Shown here in pieces: positions 46,514 to 56,027 of a stretch of 64,000 nt of DNA. The stretch lies in the NCBI GenBank assembly GCA_025774845.1, contig JALGZP010000004.1:1975-65974 (forward strand). The letters run 5' to 3'. Made by a program: the position numbers and the translations under genes. Within the stretch, counting starts at the first letter, position 1, and each line of letters opens with the position of its first letter. This DNA comes from a bacterium (lineage in GTDB: Bacteria; Arandabacterota; Arandabacteria; Arandabacterales; Arandabacteraceae). The notes below the pieces were generated by a model, which worked only from the letters and a program-made list of their open reading frames with translations, ran no database searches and had not been told where the DNA came from.

Positions 46514-47251
46514 CTACCTCTTTACCAGGGTGGTACCTAGGGCCAACCGTGCGATGACCCGGTTCTTGAGGCACTCAAAACGGTAACCGGGCGCCAGCCC
46601 CAGCTTTCTCCTGAGCGAACTCGCCCCGTCGATTGAGTAAACCGTCATCCTGCCTATCGCCATCGGGTCAGCCGCGCTACGTGGAAAACTCGTGAAACCG
46701 CGGGTGTAGCCCGCCTCAAGGGCTTCCTCAATCACCCTCCGAGAGAACCTGCCAAACGGGTATGAAACGGCTGTGACACCCGTCCCGAGATGATCCTCAA
46801 GAATTGCCCTCGATTCGCTGAGCTCGCGCCTCAGCATCTTCGGATCGAGCCGTGTGAGATCTCTGTGGGAAAGCGTATGCGAGCCAACCTCGAATCCCGC
46901 GGCGGACAGCTCGCTCAACTGCCGCCACGTGAGATGCTTGAACGGCCGCCGTGAGAGCTGAACATCCCACTTATTATAGTCACCGACCGAACCGACGACC
47001 GGAAATACGGTCCCGCTTACGCCCCGTGGCTTCATCTCAGCGTAGGCGTCGGAAAAGACCGATTCGTAACCGTCGTCAAAGGTGATCGCGATCTGCTTCA
47101 CCGGATGAGGAGAGGTGTCAGTCTCACTCGCCGTTAGGAACTCCAACCCCAGCCCGGTAAGAAGATCGAGATGCGCGCCGAATGCCTGCCTCCGGACCGT
47201 CGTTATTCCGAGCTCAAACTGGTGGCCGATCTTGTGGTAGGTGAATATCAT
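46514..47251 (-). CDS. Polysaccharide deacetylase (NodB homology domain)
   Basis: 'ITFDDGYESVF' and 'GSHTLSHRDL' motifs. I chose ATG 47251 because the ORF-track start at 47344 would overlap dut by 80 nt. Confidence 0.8.
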   Translation of the reverse strand: MIFTYHKIGHQFELGITTVRRQAFGAHLDLLTGLGLEFLTASETDTSPHPVKQIAITFDDGYESVFSDAYAEMKPRGVSGTVFPVVGSVGDYNKWDVQLSRRPFKHLTWRQLSELSAAGFEVGSHTLSHRDLTRLDPKMLRRELSESRAILEDHLGTGVTAVSYPFGRFSRRVIEEALEAGYTRGFTSFPRSAADPMAIGRMTVYSIDGASSLRRKLGLAPGYRFECLKNRVIARLALGTTLVKR

Positions 47252-47264
47252 TGGCACCACACTA

Positions 47265-47720
47265 TCAGATCCCTGTATGGCCGAACCCACCGGGGCCCCT
47301 GGAACTGTCCTCCAGGCTGTCAACTTCTTCGAACACGGGCTCACAGACCGTGGAGATTACCAGCTGGGCTATCCTGTCACCGCGTCTGATCGTGAATGTG
47401 TCACGCCCATGATTGATCAGGATCACACCGATCTCTCCCCGGTAATCGGAATCGATCGTTCCGGGTGTGTTGAGTATCGTGATCCCGTGACGCAGTGCAA
47501 GGCCCGAACGCGGTCTCACCTGGGCTTCGTACCCCCTGGGGATCTGGGCACACAGACCCGTCGGGATCAGCAGGGACTCCCCCGGCGGTATCCCGACTTC
47601 GTCATCGACACAGGCCAGGAGGTCCACACCGGATGCGCCTTCACTCGCCGGGGCAGGCAGAGGAAGACCTTTACTCGCGGGGAGCCGCTTTATCCTGACC
47701 GTTACGCTGTTGATGTCCAT
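47265..47720 (-). CDS. dut: dUTP diphosphatase
   Basis: 151 aa with 'ASGVDLLA', 'PRSGLALRHGI', 'GTIDSDYRGEI' and C-terminal 'SRGPGGFGHTG'. Confidence 0.93.
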   Translation of the reverse strand: MDINSVTVRIKRLPASKGLPLPAPASEGASGVDLLACVDDEVGIPPGESLLIPTGLCAQIPRGYEAQVRPRSGLALRHGITILNTPGTIDSDYRGEIGVILINHGRDTFTIRRGDRIAQLVISTVCEPVFEEVDSLEDSSRGPGGFGHTGI

Positions 47721-47743
47721 AGGAGCCGCACGGAATCGAAAGG

Positions 47744-48082
47744 TTATCTTGTCCCCGGAAGGCGGAGTTTGTACTCACAACCATACTGGTTTCTGTACAG
47801 GTATCTGACCGGGCCCAAGGCCCGCATGTCGGCGAAGTCAGGACAGCCTACAACGGGTATGAAGAGCGATTCCGAGGGAGTGCAATTCACGCTGCACATG
47901 GTGCAGATCTTGTGGCACGCGCAACACTTGCAGTATTCGCAGGCATGCCGGGATCCACTGATATGCACCGGACAGGAACGTGGAGAAACCTCCGCAGAGT
48001 CCTTGTTCTGGCCGCCGGATCCGAACACTACCATCTTGGGCCTTGTCGCTTCCATAAACTCCAGATTAGCGTACCGGCTCAC
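47744..48082 (-). CDS. Cysteine-rich small protein, unknown function
   Basis: 103-112 aa with 11 Cys, including 'CEYCKCCACHKICTMCSVNC' and 'VVGCPDF'. Possible starts are GTG 48082 or ATG 48055. It lies 23 nt upstream of dut on the same strand. No family recognised. Confidence 0.45.
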   Translation of the reverse strand: MSRYANLEFMEATRPKMVVFGSGGQNKDSAEVSPRSCPVHISGSRHACEYCKCCACHKICTMCSVNCTPSESLFIPVVGCPDFADMRALGPVRYLYRNQYGCEYKLRLPGTR

Positions 48083-48123
48083 CCCCTGTCAAATAAAATG
48101 GGGTCAGGCTTGCATTCTTGCAT

Positions 48124-48185
48124 GGGGTCAGAGCTCGAAAATTGCGCGGCGGGTTCCACCGATGCAATTTTCGAGCTCTGACCCC
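48124..48185. repeat. Perfect 22-bp inverted repeat with 18-nt spacer
   Basis: GGGGTCAGAGCTCGAAAATTGC (48124..48145), an 18-nt spacer, then GCAATTTTCGAGCTCTGACCCC (48164..48185). A third GGGGTCAG lies at 48100..48107. It sits in a divergent intergenic region. Confidence 0.9.
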
Positions 48186-48248
48186 GTCTTCTGCAGGTCT
48201 TGAAATTAAGCGTTTCCCCCAGGTGCCGGAGCCGGAGAATTGCACGAG

Positions 48249-48276
48249 TTGACACAGCGTCACGGTTTGTTAGAAT
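48249..48276 (+). promoter_or_regulatory. Putative sigma-70-type promoter for the aminotransferase gene
   Basis: TTGACA-16 nt-TAGAAT. AGGAGG lies 8 nt before GTG 48317. Confidence 0.55.
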
Positions 48277-48316
48277 ACTGGGGTAAACTATCACTAACCC
48301 TACAGGAGGATACAAC

Positions 48317-49495
48317 GTGAGAAATGGTAACCAGAGGACGGCGCGTCTCGCACCCTATCCCTTTGCGGCGGTCAACAAGGCAAGGGATGAGGCCAAGAAA
48401 GCAGGTATGGATGTAATCGATATGGGGGTCGGGAATCCGGATCTCCGGCCGGATCAGTCCATTACAGACTTCTTGAAAAGCGCGCTTGATGAGGCCGAGA
48501 GGCAGAACCACAGGTATCCCCCCTACGACGGGATCATGGAGTTCCGGGAAGCGATCGCCGACTACTATAAGACCAGATTCGGGGTGACGGTGGATCCCGG
48601 CCCGGAGGTCCTGCCGCTTATCGGTTCGAAGGAAGGTATCGCCAAGTTCTTCCTCTCACACATGGACCCGGGTGACGTCGCCATGGTGACCTCTCCCTGC
48701 TACCCCGCATACATAGGTGCAGTAGCCATATCCGACGGCACGCTCTACGATCTTCCACTCTACGAGCAGAATGAGTTCCGGCCGGATCTCAAGAGCATAC
48801 CCTCGGATGTGCTGGATAAGGCCACTGCGATTCTCATTAACTATCCCAACAACCCGACGGGGGCCGTCGAGACCAGGGAGCTCTATCAGGAAGTCCTTGA
48901 ACTTGCCCAGCGTCACGATCTCATAGTCGTTTCCGACATCGCATACGCAGAGCTCAATCTCGAGCCTTCCTACAGGGCGATGAGTTTTCTCGAACTCCCG
49001 GGTGCGAAGGAACGCTCAATCGAGTTCCACTCGTTTTCGAAGACCTACTCTATGGCCGGCTGGCGCCTGGGATTTGTGGTAGGCAATGAGGCCATCGTCC
49101 AGAACATCCTCAAGATAAAGACCAACATGGACTTCGGAATCTTCATGGCGATGCAGAGAACGGGCGCATATGTCCTCAAGGCCGGAGACTCTCTCATACA
49201 GCCCACGCGGGAGATCTATGCGAAGAGGCGGGATGCTGTGGTTGAGGGATTCGAGCGCATAGGCATACGGGCGACAAATCCTCTCGCAACGATCTACGTC
49301 TGGGCCGCCATCCCGGAGAAGTACAAGTCCTCTATGGAGTTCGCGACGGGTGTCCTCAAGAAGACCGGTGTTGTTTTCGCGCCGGGTGCCGGTTTCGGAA
49401 CCTATGGTGAGGGCTACATAAGAGTATCACTCATCGAAGATGTCGAGCGCATAAAGGAAGCCATCGCAAGGATAGAGCAAAGCGGCCTGCTTTAG
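48317..49495 (+). CDS. Class I/II PLP aminotransferase (LL-diaminopimelate aminotransferase-like)
   Basis: 'SFSKTYSMAGWRLGF' (PLP-Lys), 'NYPNNPTG', and an N-terminus 'YPFAAVNKARDEAKKAGMDVIDMGVGNPDLRPD...HRYPPYDGIMEFREAIADYY...LIGSKEGIA' resembling the direct DapL/DapC clade. The subfamily is assigned from memory only. Confidence 0.8.
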   Translation: MRNGNQRTARLAPYPFAAVNKARDEAKKAGMDVIDMGVGNPDLRPDQSITDFLKSALDEAERQNHRYPPYDGIMEFREAIADYYKTRFGVTVDPGPEVLPLIGSKEGIAKFFLSHMDPGDVAMVTSPCYPAYIGAVAISDGTLYDLPLYEQNEFRPDLKSIPSDVLDKATAILINYPNNPTGAVETRELYQEVLELAQRHDLIVVSDIAYAELNLEPSYRAMSFLELPGAKERSIEFHSFSKTYSMAGWRLGFVVGNEAIVQNILKIKTNMDFGIFMAMQRTGAYVLKAGDSLIQPTREIYAKRRDAVVEGFERIGIRATNPLATIYVWAAIPEKYKSSMEFATGVLKKTGVVFAPGAGFGTYGEGYIRVSLIEDVERIKEAIARIEQSGLL

Positions 49496-50760
49496 AAATT
49501 CATGTCGCGTGCGGTGGGGAAATCGGTTGAGTCGGGGCCGACCACGACGAGCGAGAACTTGGAGGAATCGAGCAGGTTTTCGGCCTGCTTTCTCACCATG
49601 CTACTCTTCACCGCCATCGCCATGCCGATGGATTTCTCCATCGGTTGGTACTCGCCAAGGTAAAACTCCTGCCGGGCCAGACGTCCCATCCTGGCAGAGG
49701 TGCTCTCCAGGCCCAGGATCAGATTGCCCTTGAGCTGCTCCTTTGCGCTCGCGAGTTCGCCGCGTCTGAGCCCATCTTCCTTGAGACGCTTGAGCTCCTT
49801 TGAGACCATCCGTACTGCTTTGCGGGCCTTCTTTGGATCGACGGCAAGGAATACGAGGAATACACCGGTCTTCCGGTAGAACTCACAGGAGCAGTAAACC
49901 GAATACGCAAGCCCCTGCTTTTCCCTCACCTCCTGGAAGAGTCTCGATGTCATCCCGCCACCGATTATCATGGACAGGAAGATCGTCGGATACCGCTTCT
50001 TATCAAGATATGGCGGTGCCTCTACCCCCATGCAGATATAACACTGGGCGACTTTTCTTCTCTCGTGATGCACCCTCGGTATACCGCCGGCGTAGGCTTC
50101 GGCAAAGATCTCAGGCTTGTTGCTCGGAATCTTGAGAGTTCGTTCAACCTGGCCCACCAGTTCCCTGTGGTTGACCTTGCCGCATGCCGCAACGATAGTG
50201 CTTGGTGATACATAGTGTCGTTGAAAATAGGGGAATACACTTTTCCGCGTGAACCCGCTGACCGAATCCACGGTCCCGAGTATCGGATTTCCCATCGCGC
50301 TTGAGTTCCACACCGATCTTGCCAGAAGCTCGTGTACGATCTCCTCGGGTGTATCCTCGTAATTCCTGATCTCTTCGATTATCACCCGTTTCTCGAGCTC
50401 TATCGCATCATCTTCCATGGCCGGATGACAGAGCATGTCGCCCAGAACGTCAACTGCCGTCGGCAGGTGTTCAGGAAGAGACCGGCTCACAAAGGCCGTG
50501 GTTTCTCTTCCCGCGAAGGCGTCGATGCTGCCCCCAACGGACTCAAGAGCGTGAGCTATCTGGTAGGCGGACCGCCGGTGCGTCCCCTTGAAGAGAATGT
50601 GCTCGATGAAGTGGGACACTCCCCCAAGACTTCGAGGCTCGCAGCTTGACCCGACACCCACCCAGAAACCCATGGCGAGAGAATTCGAGGATCTGCTGGA
50701 TTCGGAAACAACAGTCACACCGCTGTCGAGGACGTCTTTTCGGTAGGTGAAACTCATCAA
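49492..50760 (-). CDS. M16-family (pitrilysin/insulinase) zinc peptidase
   Basis: 'GVSHFIEHILFKGT' inverted HxxEH zinc motif. 422 aa. Overlaps the pnp stop by 4 nt. Confidence 0.88.
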   Translation of the reverse strand: MMSFTYRKDVLDSGVTVVSESSRSSNSLAMGFWVGVGSSCEPRSLGGVSHFIEHILFKGTHRRSAYQIAHALESVGGSIDAFAGRETTAFVSRSLPEHLPTAVDVLGDMLCHPAMEDDAIELEKRVIIEEIRNYEDTPEEIVHELLARSVWNSSAMGNPILGTVDSVSGFTRKSVFPYFQRHYVSPSTIVAACGKVNHRELVGQVERTLKIPSNKPEIFAEAYAGGIPRVHHERRKVAQCYICMGVEAPPYLDKKRYPTIFLSMIIGGGMTSRLFQEVREKQGLAYSVYCSCEFYRKTGVFLVFLAVDPKKARKAVRMVSKELKRLKEDGLRRGELASAKEQLKGNLILGLESTSARMGRLARQEFYLGEYQPMEKSIGMAMAVKSSMVRKQAENLLDSSKFSLVVVGPDSTDFPTARDMNF

Positions 50761-52871
50761 CTACGTTCTTTGTCTTTGTCTCTGTCTTTGAGTAACGCCT
50801 TTCGGCTGAGCCGGATCTTTCCGTCCCTCTCCGCCCCTATTACCTTGACCTGGAGTTCATCTCCCTCGTTCAAGACATCCCTGACACTGTTGATCCTCCG
50901 GTTTTCTATCTCGGAGATGTGCAGCAGACCGTCTTTTCCTGGAAGGATTTCGACAAAGGCACCGAAATCAACGATCTTCTTGACGATCCCGTTATAGGTC
51001 TTGCCTACCTCGGGGTCCTCTACGATCGCATTGATCATTTCAAGGGCCTTGTCGAGAGCACTTCTGTCGGGCGAGGCTATCTTCACCTCACCGTCATCGT
51101 TTATGTCTATGACCGCTCCGGTCTCATCGATGATCTTTCTGATTATCTTCCCACCGGGGCCGATGATCTCCCTGATCTTGTCCTTTTCAACCCTGATCGA
51201 CACAATCCTGGGAGCATACGACGAGATCTCTTCCCTGGGAGTCTGAAGCGTACTGTCCATGATGTCATGGATCTTCTGTCTCGCTTCGGTCGCCTGGGCA
51301 ACGATATCCTTCAGTATATTGACCGGCACCCCGGGTATCTTGAGATCCATCTGTACCGCAGTCAGGCCGTCACGCGTACCGGCGACTTTGAAATCCATAT
51401 CGCCGTGATGGTCCTCGACCCCGAGTATATCGGTGAGAATGTTGTACTTCTCCCCGTCCTTGACAAGACCAAGTGCAACCCCGGCAACCGGGGCCTTTAT
51501 CGGGACACCGGCATCCATCAGCGCAAGGGTACAGCTACAGACCGTGGCCATCGAAGAAGAGCCGTTGGACTCGAGAATGTCTGAGACCAGCCTGATCGTG
51601 TAGGGAAACGATTCCCCGTCGGGTATCACGGGCTGAATCGACCTTTCGGCAAGCGCCCCGTGTCCGATCTCACGTCTCGCGGGGCCTCTCATGGGCCTTA
51701 TCTCTCCCACACTGAACGGCGGGAAATTGTAGTGCAGCATATAGGATTTCGAGGTCTCACCTTCGAGATCCTCGACACGCTGTTCGTCGATTGATGTGCC
51801 AAGCGTGGTGACGGCCAGGGCCTGTGTCTGGCCCCGCGTGAATAGGGCCGAGCCGTGGGTCCTCGGAAGAACCCCGACCTCACAGGTTATCTCCCTGACC
51901 TCACGCAAACCTCTACCGTCGATTCGCTTACCGCCGTCGGAGACCATCCGTCTCACTTCATCGCGTTCAATACCTGATATGGCGTCACCGATATCGCGCT
52001 CGCTCTCAGGGAACTTCTCCGCAAGAGCTTCACGAGCCTCTTTCTTTATCAGATCGAGCTCACCCTGACGCTTCTCCTTATCGGGGATGCGGATGGCCTC
52101 GACAATTCTCGTCTCATACGTGTTCTTGACTTCACTCACTATCTCAGGAGATGGGAGCTCCGGCGTGAAACTCATCTCTTTGGCACCGCATCTCTCTATT
52201 ATTCTCTGCTGTAGTTCGATCACTTTGGGCATAGCCTCGGAGGCCATCTCTATGCCCTTCAAGAGATCTTCCTCACTGATCTCCTTCATTCCCCCTTCGA
52301 TCATCACGACGTCTCCACCGTGACCCACCACCACCATGTCCAGGTCCCCCTCATCCCTCTCCCCGAAGGTGGGATTCACGAGGAATTCTCCGTTTCTTCT
52401 TCCTATCCTGACAACACCTATGGGTCCACCCAGCGGCGCACCGGCAAGTCCCAGCGCTGTTGAAGCACCGATCATTGCCAGGACGTCGGAGTCGTTCTGC
52501 TGGTCTGACGACAGAACCGACGCGACAATCTGTACATCGTGTCTGAAGCCTTTCGGAAAGAGCGAGCGTACCGGTCTGTCGATCAACCTCGAGGTCAATA
52601 TCTCTTTCTCAGTGGGCCGCCCTTCCCGCTTGAAGAAGCCGCCGGGGATTTTACCCGCGGCATAATACTTCTCGCGGTATTCGACAAGGAGCGGAAGGAA
52701 GTTAAAGCCCTCCTTCGGTTCCTTGGAAATCACACTGGTCACAAGGACTACAGTGTCACCATATTGCACAAGCACCGCGCCGCCAGCTTGCCTTGCAACC
52801 CGGCCTGTCTCGATTGAAAACGCTTTTCCACCTATTTCAATTTCTTCCCTAACTACCATATGATTCGTCAC
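50757..52871 (-). CDS. pnp: Polyribonucleotide nucleotidyltransferase (PNPase)
   Basis: 704 aa. Two RNase-PH-like halves, then KH ('IREIIGPGGKIIRKI') and S1 ('GKTYNGIVKKIVDFGAFVEILPGKDGLLHISE') domains. Confidence 0.96.
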   Translation of the reverse strand: MTNHMVVREEIEIGGKAFSIETGRVARQAGGAVLVQYGDTVVLVTSVISKEPKEGFNFLPLLVEYREKYYAAGKIPGGFFKREGRPTEKEILTSRLIDRPVRSLFPKGFRHDVQIVASVLSSDQQNDSDVLAMIGASTALGLAGAPLGGPIGVVRIGRRNGEFLVNPTFGERDEGDLDMVVVGHGGDVVMIEGGMKEISEEDLLKGIEMASEAMPKVIELQQRIIERCGAKEMSFTPELPSPEIVSEVKNTYETRIVEAIRIPDKEKRQGELDLIKKEAREALAEKFPESERDIGDAISGIERDEVRRMVSDGGKRIDGRGLREVREITCEVGVLPRTHGSALFTRGQTQALAVTTLGTSIDEQRVEDLEGETSKSYMLHYNFPPFSVGEIRPMRGPARREIGHGALAERSIQPVIPDGESFPYTIRLVSDILESNGSSSMATVCSCTLALMDAGVPIKAPVAGVALGLVKDGEKYNILTDILGVEDHHGDMDFKVAGTRDGLTAVQMDLKIPGVPVNILKDIVAQATEARQKIHDIMDSTLQTPREEISSYAPRIVSIRVEKDKIREIIGPGGKIIRKIIDETGAVIDINDDGEVKIASPDRSALDKALEMINAIVEDPEVGKTYNGIVKKIVDFGAFVEILPGKDGLLHISEIENRRINSVRDVLNEGDELQVKVIGAERDGKIRLSRKALLKDRDKDKERS

Positions 52872-52879
52872 TCTCCTTG

Positions 52880-53149
52880 TTACTTACGTAAACCTAGTTC
52901 CTTTACAATCCGCCGATACTTATCGATCTTTCTTGACTTCAGATAGTCGAGAAGCCTTCTACGCTGTCCGACGAGCTTCAAGAGGCCCCTCCGCGAATGG
53001 AAGTCCTTCTTGTGGACCTGGAAGTGTCCCGTAAGCTCCTTGATGCGTTCCGTCAACAGCGCAATTTGAACCTCCGGCGAACCGGAGTCAGCATCATGCA
53101 CCCGGAACTTCTCGATGATCTCCTGTTTCCTGTCTTTGCTCAAAGGCAC
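52880..53149 (-). CDS. rpsO: 30S ribosomal protein S15
   Basis: 89 aa with '[48 protein letters not shown]'. Confidence 0.96.
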   Translation of the reverse strand: MPLSKDRKQEIIEKFRVHDADSGSPEVQIALLTERIKELTGHFQVHKKDFHSRRGLLKLVGQRRRLLDYLKSRKIDKYRRIVKELGLRK

Positions 53150-53208
53150 GTCTTTCTCACCCCCTCCAAATACTATTACTTAGACCTTTTTACACGATAA
53201 ATCAACAC

Positions 53209-54084
53209 TTAAATTGACAATAGCCCTTTTGCCCTCGAAACGTCTCCTGCTATGGCTTTCCTGAGATCGGCATCATTCTCGAACCGGATCTCATCCCTCA
53301 GTCTCCCGGCAAAGGCCACTTCAATAGACTTGCCGTACAGATTCCCCTCCATCCCCATTATATGGGCCTCGATCGTACTCGACCGGCCGCTAAATGTGGG
53401 CTTTGTGCCGATGTAGAGCACTGCCGGCCTGTCCGTCCCACCCACACGCGTCGTTACCGCATAGACGCCCTTTGCAGGAAGAATCTTGTTTGGATCCCCC
53501 GGGTCTATGTTCGCAGTCGGATAACTCAGACCGGCGCCCCTGCCCTCACCTCGTATGACAGATCCCTTGAATGAGTATTGCCTGCCGAGCATCCGCGCCG
53601 CAGACTCTACGTCACCTCTGACAAGAGCAGTTCTGACACGCGTTGAGCTTACCGGGTGATCCCGGAAGTTGACCGGCGGTACCGTGTCAACTCCGAAACC
53701 CTCCGCTTCCCCAAGGGACTCCAGGTACAGGGCATCCCCCTGCCGGTCCCTGCCGAAACGGAAGTCATAGCCGATCACCAGTCTTCTCATGTTAAGTTTC
53801 TTGAGAAGAGTGTTCTTTACAAACCATTCGGCGCTCTGGCAGGCGAGCTTAGGACTAAATCTCAGCAAAACAAGATCGTCCATCCCTGTCTCCTCGATCA
53901 GCTGACGCTTCTCGTCAGGGGACGTCAGAATGGACGGTGCTTCATCCGGCTGGAGTACAGCCAGAGGGTGTGGGTCGAAGGTTACAACAACACCCCTTAC
54001 ACCCAGACCCTTGGCGAGCATGACAACCTCGTCAAGGATTCTCCTGTGGCCGATGTGGATCCCATCAAAGGCACCGATGGTCAC
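53209..54084 (-). CDS. ribF: Bifunctional riboflavin kinase / FAD synthetase
   Basis: 'TIGAFDGIHIGHRRIL', 'GAGLSYPTANI' and a C-terminal kinase domain. Homology continues upstream of GTG 54084 ('LLRTIRDLSRSRAPKKSV'), so the true start may be CTG 54135 (see findings). Confidence 0.9.
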   Translation of the reverse strand: MTIGAFDGIHIGHRRILDEVVMLAKGLGVRGVVVTFDPHPLAVLQPDEAPSILTSPDEKRQLIEETGMDDLVLLRFSPKLACQSAEWFVKNTLLKKLNMRRLVIGYDFRFGRDRQGDALYLESLGEAEGFGVDTVPPVNFRDHPVSSTRVRTALVRGDVESAARMLGRQYSFKGSVIRGEGRGAGLSYPTANIDPGDPNKILPAKGVYAVTTRVGGTDRPAVLYIGTKPTFSGRSSTIEAHIMGMEGNLYGKSIEVAFAGRLRDEIRFENDADLRKAIAGDVSRAKGLLSI

Positions 54085-54148
54085 AACCGACTTCTTCGGT
54101 GCTCGTGACCTGGATAGATCCCTTATGGTTCGCAGAAGTACATCCTCC

Positions 54149-55039
54149 TCAGAGTATTCGTTCCGTCTTCAGCATTGAACCCTGCCGCCCGGACCGCTTA
54201 GCGATACCAACTATAGTACCGTTTTCGTCCGTGAGTGCAACAAAATCCCCGTCGAAGTCAAGATCCGGTTCATGGAAGTCCCCTGCGGTGGGCTGACCCC
54301 CCGTCCTTATCCTCTCGACGCTCTCAGCCTTCAAAGGGATCTGCGGCAAATGCCTGAGACCCTCCTCGACCGTCAGAATCACGCTCTCGAGGCAGGAAGG
54401 TTTCGCCGTCAGATCGGCTAAGGCTACGGCCTCATCCAACCCGAAGGAACCTATCCGGGTCCTCCTCAGGGAGAACACGGACGCTCCGCAGCCAAGGCGT
54501 TTTCCCATGTCCCTGGCCAGGGATCTAACATATGTGCCGGATGAGCAGACTACCCGGATCGTCACGTGTGGATGATTGATATCGAGCACCTCGAAGTCCC
54601 TGATCATGACCACCCTTGTCTTTACGGGTGTCGGTTCTCCTCGCCGGGCCAGTTTGTAGAGAGGCACTCCGCGATGTTTGAGGGCTGATACCGACGGGGC
54701 TATCTGCTGGTACCTGCCCCTGAATCGTGATGCGACTTCCATAATCTCACGGGACCTCACACCATCCGTGCTGCTTGTGGATACGACTTCCCCCCACCTG
54801 TCCAGTGTATCAGTCTCGACCCCGAGCTGGATCGTGAACACGTACTCCTTGTCGAGGCCCATGAGGAAACGCGAGACCTTTGTCGCCTTCCCGACAAGCA
54901 CAATCAGCACACCCGTCGCATTGGGATCAAGCGTGCCGGCGTGGCCTACCTTGGCACTTCGCACAAGGCCTCGCACCTGCTCGACCACGTCATGCGACGT
55001 CATCCCGCCTGGTTTGTCGATATTCAGAACGCCATTCAT
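54149..55039 (-). CDS. truB: tRNA pseudouridine(55) synthase
   Basis: 'LNIDKPGGMTSHDVV' and 'GHAGTLDPNATGVL' (catalytic Asp). ATG 55039 fits family N-termini. The ORF-track start at 55171 would overlap the upstream gene. Confidence 0.93.
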   Translation of the reverse strand: MNGVLNIDKPGGMTSHDVVEQVRGLVRSAKVGHAGTLDPNATGVLIVLVGKATKVSRFLMGLDKEYVFTIQLGVETDTLDRWGEVVSTSSTDGVRSREIMEVASRFRGRYQQIAPSVSALKHRGVPLYKLARRGEPTPVKTRVVMIRDFEVLDINHPHVTIRVVCSSGTYVRSLARDMGKRLGCGASVFSLRRTRIGSFGLDEAVALADLTAKPSCLESVILTVEEGLRHLPQIPLKAESVERIRTGGQPTAGDFHEPDLDFDGDFVALTDENGTIVGIAKRSGRQGSMLKTERIL

Positions 55040-55046
55040 CTCGCTA

Positions 55047-56027
55047 TCAGTCGGAGGTTGACTCCGGATTGAGGACCGTCTCGTGGATTTCACTGCGCAG
55101 CCTGGCTTTGATGTCGTCGATTTCACCACGTATGCGGAATCCGGCGGCGGTCGGGTGACCCCCTCCTCCAAAGGCCTTGGCCACTTGATCGACCCTGTAG
55201 CCTTCTCTTGCCCTTAAACTCACTCTGAACAACCCATCTCCCATCTCCCGCACGAACACCCCGACCAGCACGTCGCGTATGGATCGTGGGTAGTTGGCGA
55301 ATCCTTCGATGTCTTTGGGAGTACCGCCCGACTCAGCGAACATCCGCTGGGTTATTTCCATGGTGGCCACGGCACCGTCATTTGTGACCTCGATCGTGGA
55401 GAGCGCACCTCCCAGGAGTTGGAGCGCCGAAGGAGACCGCTTCCAGAATATCTCCGAAGCCGTGTGATAGGGTTTGACACCGGCATCAATGAGGCTGGCG
55501 GCGGTTCGCAGCGTGTCAGCACTTGTCGTGGGGAAGCGGAAACACCCGGTATCACTCAATATGGCAACATACAGGGCCTCGGCCTCATCCACGGTCAAGG
55601 TATCCGTCAGATCCATGAGCAGGCTGTACACGATCTCACCACAGGCGCCGGCGCTGGTAAGCACGAGATTGTGGTGACCGAAATTGTCGTTGGATCCATG
55701 ATGATCGATATTGACGACCACGGGACACTTCGCCACCTCATCCTTCACCCACCCGACACGGTCAAGCCCCGCGGCATCCACCACTATCGCCACTTCACAC
55801 GGGCCGGTTGAAGCGGTAATCACCTGGTCGCTTCCCTTCAGGAAGTCGAATGTCAGGGGAACAGGCTCTTCAAACAGTACTTTAGCTGATTTGCCTAATC
55901 GCATTAATACAGAGGATATAGCCAATGCAGACCCGATGGCATCTCCATCCGGATCGATATGTGATGTGATGAGAAACGTCTGTGATCTTCGGATGAGGTC
56001 AGCTATCGTCTTCTGGGCTTTCTCCAT
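55047..56027 (-). CDS. nrnA: DHH/DHHA1 phosphoesterase (NrnA-like oligoribonuclease/pAp phosphatase)
   Basis: 'SHIDPDGDAIGS', 'NIDHHGSN' and 'GGGHPTAAG' motifs. I chose ATG 56027; the ORF is open to 56093. Confidence 0.8.
   Translation of the reverse strand: MEKAQKTIADLIRRSQTFLITSHIDPDGDAIGSALAISSVLMRLGKSAKVLFEEPVPLTFDFLKGSDQVITASTGPCEVAIVVDAAGLDRVGWVKDEVAKCPVVVNIDHHGSNDNFGHHNLVLTSAGACGEIVYSLLMDLTDTLTVDEAEALYVAILSDTGCFRFPTTSADTLRTAASLIDAGVKPYHTASEIFWKRSPSALQLLGGALSTIEVTNDGAVATMEITQRMFAESGGTPKDIEGFANYPRSIRDVLVGVFVREMGDGLFRVSLRAREGYRVDQVAKAFGGGGHPTAAGFRIRGEIDDIKARLRSEIHETVLNPESTSD

Noticed and set aside
48099-48114. TGGGGTcaggcTTGCA as a third sigma-54 promoter (GG-N10-GC spacing is correct).
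   Set aside because: Only the GG/GC core and TTGCA match; the -24 hexamer is poor. It would fire through the 22-bp hairpin towards a gene that already has a strong sigma-70-type promoter. I keep it only as a remote possibility.
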